From Erysipelothrix inopinata (GTDB taxonomy: Bacteria; Bacillota_I; Bacilli_A; Erysipelotrichales; Erysipelotrichaceae), in assembly GCF_014396165.1 (NCBI RefSeq), contig NZ_CP060715.1, forward strand, positions 150,001 to 182,000: 32,000 nt of DNA. Reading direction: 5' to 3'. Every line of letters begins with the position of its first letter. Position 1 is the stretch's first letter. This document shows, in pieces, positions 14,094 to 29,287 of this stretch. Under the pieces are notes generated by a model. That model was not told where the DNA came from and searched no databases. It saw only the letters and a program-made list of their open reading frames with translations. A program made the position numbers and the translations under genes.

Positions 14094-15509
14094 CTATTTG
14101 TTATCAAGCACTCTAATTACGAGCTCATTGCTGAGTCGTGGGTTAGCTTGACCTTTAGATAGTTTCATAACTTGACCAACAACAAACTTAATTGACTTAT
14201 CAAGTCCATTCTTATAGTCGTCAATAACTTGAGGATTTTTCTCAAGAGCTTCTTCTATCCAACCAATGATAACTGCTTCATCGTTGACTTGAACCATTCC
14301 CGATTCTTTAATAATCTTGTTTGGTTCGCCACCTTCTAACATCTTCGCAAACACTTGTTTTGCTTGTTTCGATGAAATAGTATTGGATTCAATTGCCTTT
14401 AAGAAATCTACAAAGTATTGTGGCTTAATCCATTCAGAGAGACTTTGGTCACCTTTTTGGTCCCAAGCTGCCATAATATCTTGAGTTAACCAGTTTACAA
14501 TAAGCTTGTACGCTTGCATTGATTCGATTACTGTTTCAAAATACTCTGTAAGTTCAGGGTTCTTCACAAGAACTGATGCATCATAGTGACTTAATTCATA
14601 TTCATCCATATAACGACCAATTTTCGCAACAGGCAATTCACGGACTTCTTGATTTAGAACATCAGGATGGATACGAATTGGTGGAATATTTGGTTCCACA
14701 AAGTAACGGTAATCAACAGTTGTTTCTTTAACACGCATACTTACTGTTTCTTGTGTTTTTTCATCGTAACGACGTGTTTCACTGATCACTTTATTCCCTG
14801 CATCAAGTACTTCCGCTTGACGAACAGTTTCAAATTCAATTGCTTTTTGAATATTATTAATCGAGTTTAAGTTTTTAATTTCAACTTTCGTTCCAAATGC
14901 TTCTTGACCAACTGGTCGTAATGAAATATTCACATCACAACGTAATGATCCCTCATCCATACGGCCATCTGAGATGCCCAAATAAATGACAAGAAGACGC
15001 AATGCATCAACATATGCCGCAGCTTCTTCACCCGTTCTAAAATCTGCTTCAGTTACAATCTCTAAGAGCGGTGTTCCTGCACGATTAAAGTCAATGAGTG
15101 TCTTATCACCTTCGTGAAATTGTTTTGCTGTATCTTCTTCCATATGGAGACGGTTAATACGAATTGTTTTCAATGTTTCATTTACAAAGATATCAAAGCT
15201 ACCGTGTTGTCCAAGAGGATAGAATTGTTGTGTGATTTGGTATCCCTTAGGTAAATCTGAATAGAAATAGTTCTTACGATCAAAACGAACTAAATCATCA
15301 ATTTCGCATTTCAATGCTTTCGATAGCATTACACCATAAGAGATTGCTTGTTTATTAACTTGTGGTAAGGTTCCAGGCATACTCAAATCAATTTCATTGA
15401 TTGCCGTATTTGGTTTAGAACCATAAGCTAAGGGAGCTCCCGAGAACATTTTGGTTTCTGTGGTTAATTCACAGTGGATTTCAATTCCAATGACGGATTC
15501 GTAATTCAT
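14094..15509 (-). CDS. gatB: Asp/Glu-tRNA amidotransferase subunit B
   Basis: MNYESVIGIEIHCEL..., a GatB signature N-terminus; 471 aa. Confidence 0.95.
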   Translation of the reverse strand: MNYESVIGIEIHCELTTETKMFSGAPLAYGSKPNTAINEIDLSMPGTLPQVNKQAISYGVMLSKALKCEIDDLVRFDRKNYFYSDLPKGYQITQQFYPLGQHGSFDIFVNETLKTIRINRLHMEEDTAKQFHEGDKTLIDFNRAGTPLLEIVTEADFRTGEEAAAYVDALRLLVIYLGISDGRMDEGSLRCDVNISLRPVGQEAFGTKVEIKNLNSINNIQKAIEFETVRQAEVLDAGNKVISETRRYDEKTQETVSMRVKETTVDYRYFVEPNIPPIRIHPDVLNQEVRELPVAKIGRYMDEYELSHYDASVLVKNPELTEYFETVIESMQAYKLIVNWLTQDIMAAWDQKGDQSLSEWIKPQYFVDFLKAIESNTISSKQAKQVFAKMLEGGEPNKIIKESGMVQVNDEAVIIGWIEEALEKNPQVIDDYKNGLDKSIKFVVGQVMKLSKGQANPRLSNELVIRVLDNK

Positions 15510-16849
15510 TAGAATTCTCCTTTCCAGTTAATTTGTGTTTCAATTGCTTTCGCATAAGCAAACATTGTTGCTTCTTTGAATGGTTTAGCACTGATATTTA
15601 AACCAATTGGCATGTCATCAACATAACCAAATGGAATTGTCATACTTGGGTAACCCGTAAAGTTATTAATAACCATATGATTCTCAGCAATTAAGTATTC
15701 ATCTGAGCGTTCATTATGTGTGTTTTCATTTAATTTAGGAGCAATAACCCCTGATGCGCACGCTAACATGATATCTACATCTTCAATCATTGTTGCATAA
15801 GCATCCACAATCATACGACGAACACGTTTTGCTTGATTGAATACATCTTCTTGATTGTCATCATCAAGTGCATAAGCACCGTATACAAAACGACGTTTAA
15901 TCATTGAACTAAATCCTTGGCTACGTGTTGCTTTCATAATGCTCTCAAGATCATCACCAGGTTGTGATTTCCCGTAACGAACACCATCAAGATTAGCATG
16001 GTTTGCAACTGCTTCAGAGTTTGAAATTACACTGTAAACTGGTAACATCGCACGCAATAGTTCAACGTTCATATGCTTATCAACTAAAATAGCACCTTGT
16101 GCTTCAAGTTGTTCGCAAAGTGATGCAAATTGTTGACGCATGGATTCATTTCCGATTACATCTTGAACATCTTTAAAGACACCAATTCGTTTTCCTTTAA
16201 GATCAAGATCAAGAAGTGCAGCATAGTTTTCAACAGGTTCAAAAGAACTTGTCATGTCTAAGTCATCTCTTCCTGCCAAGACTTCAAGCATTACTGCAGC
16301 ATCTTCAACATTTTGAGTAAAGTATCCAACATGATCTAAAGATGATGCATATGGAATAACACCATAACGCGAAATACGACCGTAAGTAGGTTTTACACCT
16401 ACAGCGCCACAATAAGCGGCTGGTTTACGAATACTATCGCCTGTGTCTGTACCTAAAGCAGCACGAACTGCATGAGCACCAACGAGTGCAGCAGATCCAC
16501 CTGATGATCCACCAGATATACGATCAAGGTCATAAGGGTTTTTAACCGGACCTGTTATTGCGGAAAGATTTGTACCACCCATACCAAGTTCATCCATGGA
16601 AGTCTTAGCACAGATATTTGCACCTGTTGCTAATAACTTATCAACTACCGTAGCATTGTAAATGGAAAGATGATTCGATAAAAGTTCACAGCTTGCGGTT
16701 GTAAGTGTTCCCTTCATATTAATATTATCTTTTAGGGCAACATCCCAATTTTCGATTAAGCCAGATCCTGACGTTTCAAGTTCAACATAACTAACAATAG
16801 CATTTAGTTTTTCATTGACTTCATGAAGTCTTTTTTGATTATCACTCAT
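15509..16849 (-). CDS. gatA: Asp/Glu-tRNA amidotransferase subunit A (amidase)
   Basis: Amidase signature GGSSGGSAALV. Overlaps gatB by 1 nt and gatC by 4 nt. Confidence 0.95.
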   Translation of the reverse strand: MSDNQKRLHEVNEKLNAIVSYVELETSGSGLIENWDVALKDNINMKGTLTTASCELLSNHLSIYNATVVDKLLATGANICAKTSMDELGMGGTNLSAITGPVKNPYDLDRISGGSSGGSAALVGAHAVRAALGTDTGDSIRKPAAYCGAVGVKPTYGRISRYGVIPYASSLDHVGYFTQNVEDAAVMLEVLAGRDDLDMTSSFEPVENYAALLDLDLKGKRIGVFKDVQDVIGNESMRQQFASLCEQLEAQGAILVDKHMNVELLRAMLPVYSVISNSEAVANHANLDGVRYGKSQPGDDLESIMKATRSQGFSSMIKRRFVYGAYALDDDNQEDVFNQAKRVRRMIVDAYATMIEDVDIMLACASGVIAPKLNENTHNERSDEYLIAENHMVINNFTGYPSMTIPFGYVDDMPIGLNISAKPFKEATMFAYAKAIETQINWKGEF

Positions 16850-17148
16850 TTATTTACCACCTTCACAATTTCAAAATAGTCACCCTCACGAGTAGGAGCA
16901 TTCTCAAATGCTAGCTCTTGATCAATAACATGACTCACAACATCATCACGTAACCATGATGTTGGTGCATCAAATGGATAGTTCATTGCTTCTACACCAT
17001 CAGTATCGATGGATTGAAGTTGTTGGATGTACCCTGTAAATATAGGAATGTTTGCTTCAATATCTTTAACTTCATCATCAGTGAGTGTTAACATCAAATC
17101 TGACGACAATTTTTCAATTAAATTTTTATCTATCTTTTTCATAGTCAC
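16846..17148 (-). CDS. gatC: Asp/Glu-tRNA amidotransferase subunit C
   Basis: 100 aa in the position and with the size of gatC, ending ...LRDDVV...FENAP...GDYF.V. Confidence 0.9.
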   Translation of the reverse strand: MTMKKIDKNLIEKLSSDLMLTLTDDEVKDIEANIPIFTGYIQQLQSIDTDGVEAMNYPFDAPTSWLRDDVVSHVIDQELAFENAPTREGDYFEIVKVVNK

Positions 17149-17150
17149 CT

Positions 17151-22398
<5,248 letters not shown>

Positions 22399-22469
22399 TT
22401 TATCACCTCAATTATTATAGCATAGACTACTGAAAGCACTCTTGTGAAATAACACATAAAAACTAAAAA

Positions 22470-22498
22470 TTGCACTGAAAGGCTTTTAATCTTATAAT
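22470..22498 (+). promoter_or_regulatory. Sigma-A-type promoter of the methyltransferase/RluA pair
   Basis: TTGCAC (22470..22475), 17-nt spacer, TATAAT (22493..22498). Confidence 0.65.
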
Positions 22499-22528
22499 AT
22501 GCATAGTTATTTAGAAAGTTGGATTTTT

Positions 22529-23389
22529 ATGCGTATTTCCAAAGATTGGATAGACTACCAAATTATATCCGCCAGTGACGAATATAAGATTGAAAAAGTG
22601 GGTCCGTATGTTCTTAAAAGACCCGATCCCCTTGCTCAGTTTTTGCCCGCACAAACACCATCAATTGATGCCAGTTATACTGAACAGTGGCATCTAAACT
22701 CAGGAGTTCCTGAGGCATGGACCCTTAAGTATAAACATTTGAACTTTATTATCAAGCCTACAAAATTTAAACATATTGGAATCTTTCCCGAACAGGCCGT
22801 TAACTGGGATTGGATGCATGAAGTTATCGATAGTGCAGACAGACCTCTTCGCATCTTAAACCTATTCGGATATACTGGTGGCGCAACTCTAGCATGTGTT
22901 CACGAGAATGTTGAAGAAATTGTTCATGTTGATGCTTTAAAATCCGCAATCGTTTGGACCCAAGATAATATTAAACTGAATCATTTTGAAGACGCACATA
23001 TTCGCACCATAGTCGATGATGTCATGAAGTTTATTCAACGTGAAAAAAGACGCGGACGAACCTATCACGGAATCATCATGGATCCTCCTAGTTTTGGTCG
23101 TGGGCCAAAGGGTGAACGTTGGAAAATTGAAACACAACTACAACCTTTATTACAAGCATGTCTCGACATCCTGGATGATGATGCATTATTCATGGTTATT
23201 AATACTTATACGACTAATCTATCATCAAAAGATGTTACTCAAATTCTAAGCAGTGAATTAAAACAATCAAACCATAAAGGATACATTCATTCAGATACAA
23301 TTGGACTCCCTGTCCAAAACAGTAACGATGTGTTATCCGGTGGAATAACGACAAGGTGGTGTTATCGTGAAGATTTACTACGAAGATAA
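22529..23389 (+). CDS. Class I SAM-dependent rRNA methyltransferase (RlmI/YwbD-type catalytic domain)
   Basis: LNLFGYTGGATLAC (SAM-binding) and IIMDPPSFGRGPKGE motifs. The track start at 22499 abuts the -10 box, so the start is moved to ATG 22529 (MRISKDW...). Confidence 0.75.
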   Translation: MRISKDWIDYQIISASDEYKIEKVGPYVLKRPDPLAQFLPAQTPSIDASYTEQWHLNSGVPEAWTLKYKHLNFIIKPTKFKHIGIFPEQAVNWDWMHEVIDSADRPLRILNLFGYTGGATLACVHENVEEIVHVDALKSAIVWTQDNIKLNHFEDAHIRTIVDDVMKFIQREKRRGRTYHGIIMDPPSFGRGPKGERWKIETQLQPLLQACLDILDDDALFMVINTYTTNLSSKDVTQILSSELKQSNHKGYIHSDTIGLPVQNSNDVLSGGITTRWCYREDLLRR

Positions 23390-24026
23390 TCATATATTAG
23401 TGGTTGAAAAGAAACCCAACCAACCAACACAAGAAGATTCTAGTAAGGACTTAGACATGGTTACCGAGCTTAAAGGTTATCTCAAGGATAAATACCAAAA
23501 ACCAGGAAACGTATATCTTGGATTGGTACACCGTTTAGATAGACCCGTAGGTGGCGTCATGGTTTTTGCAAAAACATCAAAAGCCGCTTCGCGACTCAGC
23601 GATCAAGTTCGTACTCATAAGATTACTAAAGAATACACTGCAATCATTGAAGGCGACATCAAGCCGCAAGTTCTCAAAGATACAATGGTAAAAAATCGCA
23701 AAACAAACACATCTTATGTTGTCAAGAAAGATCATCCCGAAGGTAAATACGCCGAACTCGAGATTCTTACAAGCCAGTACAACGCTCAAAAGAATCTTTC
23801 AAGAGTTACCGTTGATTTAAAAACGGGTCGTTCACATCAAATTCGCGTTCAATTTTCTTCTCGTAATCATCCACTATGGGGTGATGCCCGTTATAACAAA
23901 CATGCAGAACCCAATGAACAAATTGCACTTTGGGCAACCAAGCTTAGTTTTGAGCACCCAACAACAAAAGAGCGCATGACTTTTATAAGCCACACGCCCG
24001 ATTCTTATCCTTTTACACTTTGGTAA
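23367..24026 (+). CDS. RluA-family pseudouridine synthase (no S4 domain)
   Basis: HRLDRPVGGVMVFAKT and GRSHQIRVQ motifs. GTG start overlapping the upstream gene by 23 nt. Confidence 0.85.
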   Translation: MKIYYEDNHILVVEKKPNQPTQEDSSKDLDMVTELKGYLKDKYQKPGNVYLGLVHRLDRPVGGVMVFAKTSKAASRLSDQVRTHKITKEYTAIIEGDIKPQVLKDTMVKNRKTNTSYVVKKDHPEGKYAELEILTSQYNAQKNLSRVTVDLKTGRSHQIRVQFSSRNHPLWGDARYNKHAEPNEQIALWATKLSFEHPTTKERMTFISHTPDSYPFTLW

Positions 24027-24865
24027 AAAGCAATAATTTCATCTTTTCTTAATTCACAATCTTGATGAGCAATATCAAACAATTCTGAAAATTGTTCTTT
24101 GCTCCCCTTAAAGCGCCCAATTCCAAGTTCTTTTGTTGGATACATATATAGCGCTTTTTCTTCTGCAACCAATTCATCAATAAGCTTACGTTCTTCATAA
24201 TAAACATTGACACGGTTACTAAAGTCTTTAACGAGTTTTGGATATTTGCGATAGACACATTTTAATAGTGTACTCGTAAAGAATCCTTGAGGTTTACGAA
24301 CATATTCTTTTGATTTTGTCGTAACCACCATATGTTTGACACATCCCGCTTCAATACTACGCGAAACTGGAATCATCGTTGTGATTCCGCCATCCATATA
24401 ATCTCGGCCTTCAATTTTCACAGGACGCCCAACAATTGGAAGCGTACATGCAGCTTTAATATATTCTGGATTTTCAGCAATTTCTTGTTTATTTTTCCAT
24501 ACTGTCTTTTCCGCTTTAATATCGTATACACCAATTTCGATATCGCCTTTAATCTGATCAATTGTTTCCAAAGGGTAATCTAAATTTTCAGTGACTTCAC
24601 GATATAAAAAGTCATAACCCACAATGGTGTGTTCATCTTTAATAGGTGCCCAACCAACGTTGCGTTTATCAGCTGCGACATTAATAGCTGCGGATTCCAA
24701 ACTTTCACCTTTATCTAGAACATACATTCCTGCATAAAGTGCTCCAGATGAAATTCCTACAACATAATCAAAATGCAATTCATTTTCCAATAACCAATGT
24801 AATACTCCGGCCGTGTATGCTCCGCGCATTCCGCCGCCTTCTAATACCAATCCAATTTTTTCCAT
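24005..24865 (-). CDS. Patatin-like phospholipase
   Basis: GGGMRGAYTAGVL oxyanion motif and GISSGA (GxSxG) nucleophile elbow. Confidence 0.85.
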   Translation of the reverse strand: MEKIGLVLEGGGMRGAYTAGVLHWLLENELHFDYVVGISSGALYAGMYVLDKGESLESAAINVAADKRNVGWAPIKDEHTIVGYDFLYREVTENLDYPLETIDQIKGDIEIGVYDIKAEKTVWKNKQEIAENPEYIKAACTLPIVGRPVKIEGRDYMDGGITTMIPVSRSIEAGCVKHMVVTTKSKEYVRKPQGFFTSTLLKCVYRKYPKLVKDFSNRVNVYYEERKLIDELVAEEKALYMYPTKELGIGRFKGSKEQFSELFDIAHQDCELRKDEIIAFYQSVKG

Positions 24866-24872
24866 TCTAACC

Positions 24873-26399
24873 TCACATCAATCCGCTGAATATATTTGCA
24901 AAGGATCTAAATAAATTTACAAGATACGGTGTTTTGTCACAGTCCTCTTGAGTAATTTCAATACTCTTATTTTCAATAGTATCCATTGAGTCTTTATAAC
25001 ACGCTTCAACCATCTTCGGATCCAAGAATAAAATACTGCATTCAAAGTGTAGATAGTAACTGCGATAATCCATATTCGTTGTTCCAACAAGACATATTTC
25101 GTCATCTACAACCATTGTCTTAGAATGAACAAATCCAGGTTCATACTCAAAGATACGAACACCCGATTTAATCAGTTCATTATAATTTGATTTGGTAACT
25201 TGATTAACAATTTTCTTATCGGGAATATGGGGAAGTATAATCCGCACATCAACACCTGATCGTGCTGCCATCTTTAAAGCTTCAATTACTTCATATCCGA
25301 CAATCAGATAGGGCGTTTGAATGTAGATATACTTACGTGCTGAAGAGATCAAAGATAAATGCACACCTAGGCCTAGGTCTGTACTATCTGTAGGTGCATC
25401 CGCAAATGGCAAGACAAAATCATGTCCTAAAGTTGCATCATCAAATTCATAACGATAATCATTTGGATTATCAACTTTATCCGTATAGTATCGGTAAAAC
25501 TGTAGGAACATCAGAGTGAGCGAATGAACCGCTTCCCCTTCAATCATGACTGCTGTATCTTTCCAATGACCATACTTACTACCAATATTGATATATTCAT
25601 CAGCAAGGTTAATTCCTCCGACAAATCCAACCCGACCATCAATAACAACAATCTTACGGTGATCACGGTTATTCATTTGAATCGCAAGACGCGCAACAAG
25701 TGGATTGAATGCTACCGCCTCAATTCCTGCCTCATCGCATTGTGCTTTAAGGTCTGTGAACATTGCACAACCCCAGTCATCATAAATTAAACGAACTTCA
25801 ACACCTTGTTTTACTTTTTCTCGTAAGATTTCTAATGTTGTTTGCCACATTAATCCATCTTTGATAATGAAATACTCTAAAAAGATAAATTTCTCTGCTT
25901 TTTTTAATTCTTCTTGAAGATGTTCGAATTTGACTTCCCCACTTTCAAGATAGGTTGATTTCGTATTTTCATAAATAGGATACTGAGAACTATTCACGAT
26001 ATAGTTCACAAGACGCGACCACTGTCCGGCATCTTCATTAAGATGATCCACAAGACATTGGTGATTCTTATGGATGTACTCATCTTTAGGGTATGCATCC
26101 GATATCTTTTCTCGAAGTTTTTTCGGAACTTGTTTTCCACCAAATACCAAATAACTCACGGCGCCAATCGGCGGTACTGCAAGAATAATAATTGTCCACG
26201 CCAAGCGATAGTAGGGATTATCATTTCGATTAATAACATACACAATCAAGAGCACTGACAGCGCCACTAAAATACCATAGATTGTTGCATAATTAAGCGA
26301 TAAATTCCAAACTATTGCAAGGAGTATGGATAGTTCAGCGATTACGATAACGCCGACCACAAATATTTTGTTTGTAATGATTCTAAGTATTGTTTTCAT
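24873..26399 (-). CDS. cls: Cardiolipin synthase
   Basis: Two HKD motifs (HRKIVVIDGRVGFVGGINL and HSKTMVVDDEICLVGTTNMD) and two N-terminal TM helices. Start placed at ATG 26399 (MKTILRI...), 9 nt after GGAG. ATGs at 26444 and 26414 are possible alternatives. Confidence 0.9.
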   Translation of the reverse strand: MKTILRIITNKIFVVGVIVIAELSILLAIVWNLSLNYATIYGILVALSVLLIVYVINRNDNPYYRLAWTIIILAVPPIGAVSYLVFGGKQVPKKLREKISDAYPKDEYIHKNHQCLVDHLNEDAGQWSRLVNYIVNSSQYPIYENTKSTYLESGEVKFEHLQEELKKAEKFIFLEYFIIKDGLMWQTTLEILREKVKQGVEVRLIYDDWGCAMFTDLKAQCDEAGIEAVAFNPLVARLAIQMNNRDHRKIVVIDGRVGFVGGINLADEYINIGSKYGHWKDTAVMIEGEAVHSLTLMFLQFYRYYTDKVDNPNDYRYEFDDATLGHDFVLPFADAPTDSTDLGLGVHLSLISSARKYIYIQTPYLIVGYEVIEALKMAARSGVDVRIILPHIPDKKIVNQVTKSNYNELIKSGVRIFEYEPGFVHSKTMVVDDEICLVGTTNMDYRSYYLHFECSILFLDPKMVEACYKDSMDTIENKSIEITQEDCDKTPYLVNLFRSFANIFSGLM

Positions 26400-26510
26400 A
26401 ATCTCTGTCTCCATCTCGTAAATTATACTTGATTTAAGTTTCATTATGCAAGTTACCCTTGATTAACAGGGTCTATACAATGTATTATATCTAAGAAAGA
26501 AGGTATTGAA

Positions 26511-27215
26511 ATGACATTTAAACCTAATGATGATAAAAACCTTGAAATTGTCGTAAATGGTGAGAGCTATCAACGTTTACCAATTAAAACTCATGTCGTG
26601 ATGCCAAACGATAATATTTTAACAATTATAGATCAATATGTTCCTGAACATTTAGAAGATGGTGACATCCTCTTTATTACAGAAAAGATTGTGGCAATTA
26701 CTCAAGGTCGCGCATATCCAATTAAAGATGTGAAACCTCGCAAACTTGCATACACACTCTCAAAACACGTTACAAAAACGCCACACGGGATTGGCCTTGG
26801 AATGCCTGAAACAATGGAAATGGCTTTAAGAGAATGTGGCACACCACGAATTCTTTTCGCAGCTGGAGTTTCCGCACTCGGAAAAATTGTTGGTCGTAAA
26901 GGTGACTTCTACAACGTTGCTGGATATAAAGCACGTTCAATCGATGGCCCAACAAACGGAACCATTCCACCTTATAACGAATATGTAGTTCTTGGACCCG
27001 AAAACCCTGATGAAGTCGCAAAAGAAGTAAAAAAATACCTCAATAAGAATATTGAAGTAGTTATTGTCGATATTAATGATTTAGGTGGAAACATCTTAGG
27101 TGCAAGTTCCAAATTAGTTGATCTTGATCTTATGGTTAAAATCCTCAAGGATAACCCTCTTGGACAAAAATCTCAATCAACTCCAATGGGAATTATACGT
27201 AAAGTTTCACAATAA
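26511..27215 (+). CDS. CofE-like (F420-0:gamma-glutamyl ligase family) protein
   Basis: DGDILFITEKIVAITQGRAYPI and ...VVIVDINDLGGNILG blocks resemble the F420_ligase fold family. Confidence 0.65.
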   Translation: MTFKPNDDKNLEIVVNGESYQRLPIKTHVVMPNDNILTIIDQYVPEHLEDGDILFITEKIVAITQGRAYPIKDVKPRKLAYTLSKHVTKTPHGIGLGMPETMEMALRECGTPRILFAAGVSALGKIVGRKGDFYNVAGYKARSIDGPTNGTIPPYNEYVVLGPENPDEVAKEVKKYLNKNIEVVIVDINDLGGNILGASSKLVDLDLMVKILKDNPLGQKSQSTPMGIIRKVSQ

Positions 27216-27609
27216 AGACATCCTTCTGAGATTCACCTAAGCGAAAGAGCTCATGGTCAGTGTCTATATCTAAGGTCGAATGATATCGACCTCCCAATTT
27301 CTCGATGGTTCGTCTTGAAGCATCATTATCAGGATTGCATGTAATAATTACATCATGCAATTCTTTTTTTGTGTTACGAATAATATTCAACAATACAATA
27401 CATGCGTGATACGCAAAGTTGTGACCACGATACGGCGGATAGATGACATATCCTATATTTCCATAGTACCAAAGATCACGACCCGATTCGACACGAAATT
27501 CGCACCGCCCTACCGTACGTTTAATCTCCGGAACATAGATGTCAAACAACAATGTTTCAACATCATAGCCATCAAACTCTTCAGTTACATCTATCAACTC
27601 TACCGCCAT
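27193..27609 (-). CDS. GNAT family N-acetyltransferase
   Basis: 138 aa with GNIGYVIYPPYRGHNFAYHACIVLLNI and ITCNPDNDASRRTIEKLGG, GNAT-like core motifs. Confidence 0.7.
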   Translation of the reverse strand: MAVELIDVTEEFDGYDVETLLFDIYVPEIKRTVGRCEFRVESGRDLWYYGNIGYVIYPPYRGHNFAYHACIVLLNIIRNTKKELHDVIITCNPDNDASRRTIEKLGGRYHSTLDIDTDHELFRLGESQKDVFIVKLYV

Positions 27610-27620
27610 ATCATGTGCCC

Positions 27621-28373
27621 CTATATTGTTTTGTATTCTTTATATGCGTAGTAACTAATACCTGCAGTTACTAGTACACGAATTACTAATGCAAGAATTG
27701 CGTTTGCTTGAACTGCGAGAAGTAAAATTCCTATTCCTTGGAATACGATCATCATCCCGACAGCAATTCCAATTCCTTTATTTCTTTGATCGGTATCAAA
27801 GTATTTTTTAAGAATAACAAGCATTGAAGTTACAATTAAACCAAGTAAAAGAACTGCAAGCCCTTGTTCTAAGAATTGTGCAGCAGTAATTGTTCTGAAT
27901 TGATCCAAGAACAAATTAACCTGTGCAACATCTTCTGTATTAAGCATATTCTTAACTGCATCAAAACCATTTCCTGACATATCTGAGATTGAAATCATGA
28001 TGTAGCTAATATGTACTGGAATGCTTTGCACAACATTTAAGAAAACAAAACCAAATCCCATAATGAGATGATCATTTTTAGAAATTTCAGATTTAATTAA
28101 ATATTTGCGAAGTAAAATATATGTTGCGACAATACCCGCTCCTGTTAACGACCATAATAGAATTAACATCAGGGAGCCAACAATGCCATCCATTTGAGGC
28201 ATATTCACACCGATTAAGTTGCGAACAAGGTTCGCTGCCATATAAAGTATGAATCCCCAAAGAACATCTTTCATAAATAATTTTTCTTTACGGAATTTCA
28301 CAAAATAAAATACTGGAATTGCTATCAAGATAAGCAAACTTAATATCTGACACGCAATTTTAAATATAGTCAT
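27621..28373 (-). CDS. Hypothetical polytopic membrane protein
   Basis: About 7 hydrophobic segments. Start moved to ATG 28373, 5 nt after GGAGG (28383..28379). Confidence 0.6.
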   Translation of the reverse strand: MTIFKIACQILSLLILIAIPVFYFVKFRKEKLFMKDVLWGFILYMAANLVRNLIGVNMPQMDGIVGSLMLILLWSLTGAGIVATYILLRKYLIKSEISKNDHLIMGFGFVFLNVVQSIPVHISYIMISISDMSGNGFDAVKNMLNTEDVAQVNLFLDQFRTITAAQFLEQGLAVLLLGLIVTSMLVILKKYFDTDQRNKGIGIAVGMMIVFQGIGILLLAVQANAILALVIRVLVTAGISYYAYKEYKTI

Positions 28374-28433
28374 AAAAACCTCCATGTTTACTAAGAACTG
28401 CTATTATTATATTATAAACATAGGAGGAATACC

Positions 28434-28880
28434 ATGAATAACTATCAAGAAAAATCAAGCATCTTCGGACTCGAAGAAAAAACAGTTGCCATTATATTAT
28501 GGATTATCAGTATATTAACAGCATCATCCAATGGTGGATTTACTATTATTGCGATTGCACTCGCAGTCTTACTCTTCGAAAAGAAAAGTAGCTTTGTACG
28601 AAATCACGCAAGTCAGCTTCTTGCATTGAGCCTCGTAATTTTCGTAGTCAACATTATTTTGTCTGCTGTCTTAGGCATCTCATTTTCACTATTTTATTGG
28701 AACTCAATTACAGGACTCTTTGCATCCGCAACATCTTCAATTATTATGTTGGCTTATTCGGTTCTGAAATTCGCTTTAAATATTTTAGGTTTAGTTCGTG
28801 CTGCGAAATACGAGAAGTGCACCCTACCGATTATCGGATATTGGGGACAAGCTCTTGAGTCAATGATTAAACCAATCTAG
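28434..28880 (+). CDS. Small membrane protein (DUF4870-like)
   Basis: 148 aa, 3-4 TM segments, RNHASQLLALSL motif reminiscent of DUF4870. AGGAGGAATACC precedes the ATG. Confidence 0.55.
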   Translation: MNNYQEKSSIFGLEEKTVAIILWIISILTASSNGGFTIIAIALAVLLFEKKSSFVRNHASQLLALSLVIFVVNIILSAVLGISFSLFYWNSITGLFASATSSIIMLAYSVLKFALNILGLVRAAKYEKCTLPIIGYWGQALESMIKPI

Positions 28881-28890
28881 CATTAAAAAA

Positions 28891-28912
28891 AGCAGTGATT
28901 GAAATCACTGCT
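28891..28912. terminator. Bidirectional intrinsic terminator between the membrane protein gene and csp
   Basis: AGCAGTGATT-ga-AATCACTGCT, flanked by AAAAAAA on the left and TTTTATTT on the right. Confidence 0.8.
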
Positions 28913-28927
28913 TTTATTTCGCATCTA

Positions 28928-29128
28928 TTAGAGTGGTCTAACGTTTGCTGCTTGTTCACCACGTGGACCTTCAACGATATCGAAGCTCACTTCTTGGCCT
29001 TCGTCTAAAGTTTTGTATCCATCTGTATCAATTGCTGAAAAATGAACGAAAATATCTTGTCCACCTTCGATAGTAATGAATCCAAAACCCTTTTCAGCGT
29101 TAAAGAATTTCACTTTCCCTGTACTCAT
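28928..29128 (-). CDS. csp: Cold-shock protein (CspA family)
   Basis: [33 protein letters not shown], with RNP1 and RNP2 motifs; 66 aa. Confidence 0.95.
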   Translation of the reverse strand: MSTGKVKFFNAEKGFGFITIEGGQDIFVHFSAIDTDGYKTLDEGQEVSFDIVEGPRGEQAANVRPL

Positions 29129-29258
29129 AGCTCGTACCTCCTATCAGAAATAAGATGTACTCAAACGTCTTTTTGAAACCAATATACACTAGTTCTTAAA
29201 AATACATTGAGTTATTACGATTATTTCACGAATCATAAACATTCTTATTACATCTTCG

Positions 29259-29287
29259 ATATTATCATTATCTCCAATTCTTGTCAA
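29259..29287 (-). promoter_or_regulatory. Sigma-A-type promoter of csp with a leader of about 120 nt
   Basis: Minus strand TTGACA (29287..29282), 17-nt spacer, TAATAT (29264..29259). Confidence 0.75.

Noticed and set aside
22414-22430. Third partial copy of the 37-nt repeat upstream of pcrA (tattatagcatagact)
   Set aside because: The similarity is limited to the extended -10 consensus (TGCTATAAT plus a few bases). The leader and RBS parts of the 37-mer are absent, so this is promoter consensus and not a repeat copy.
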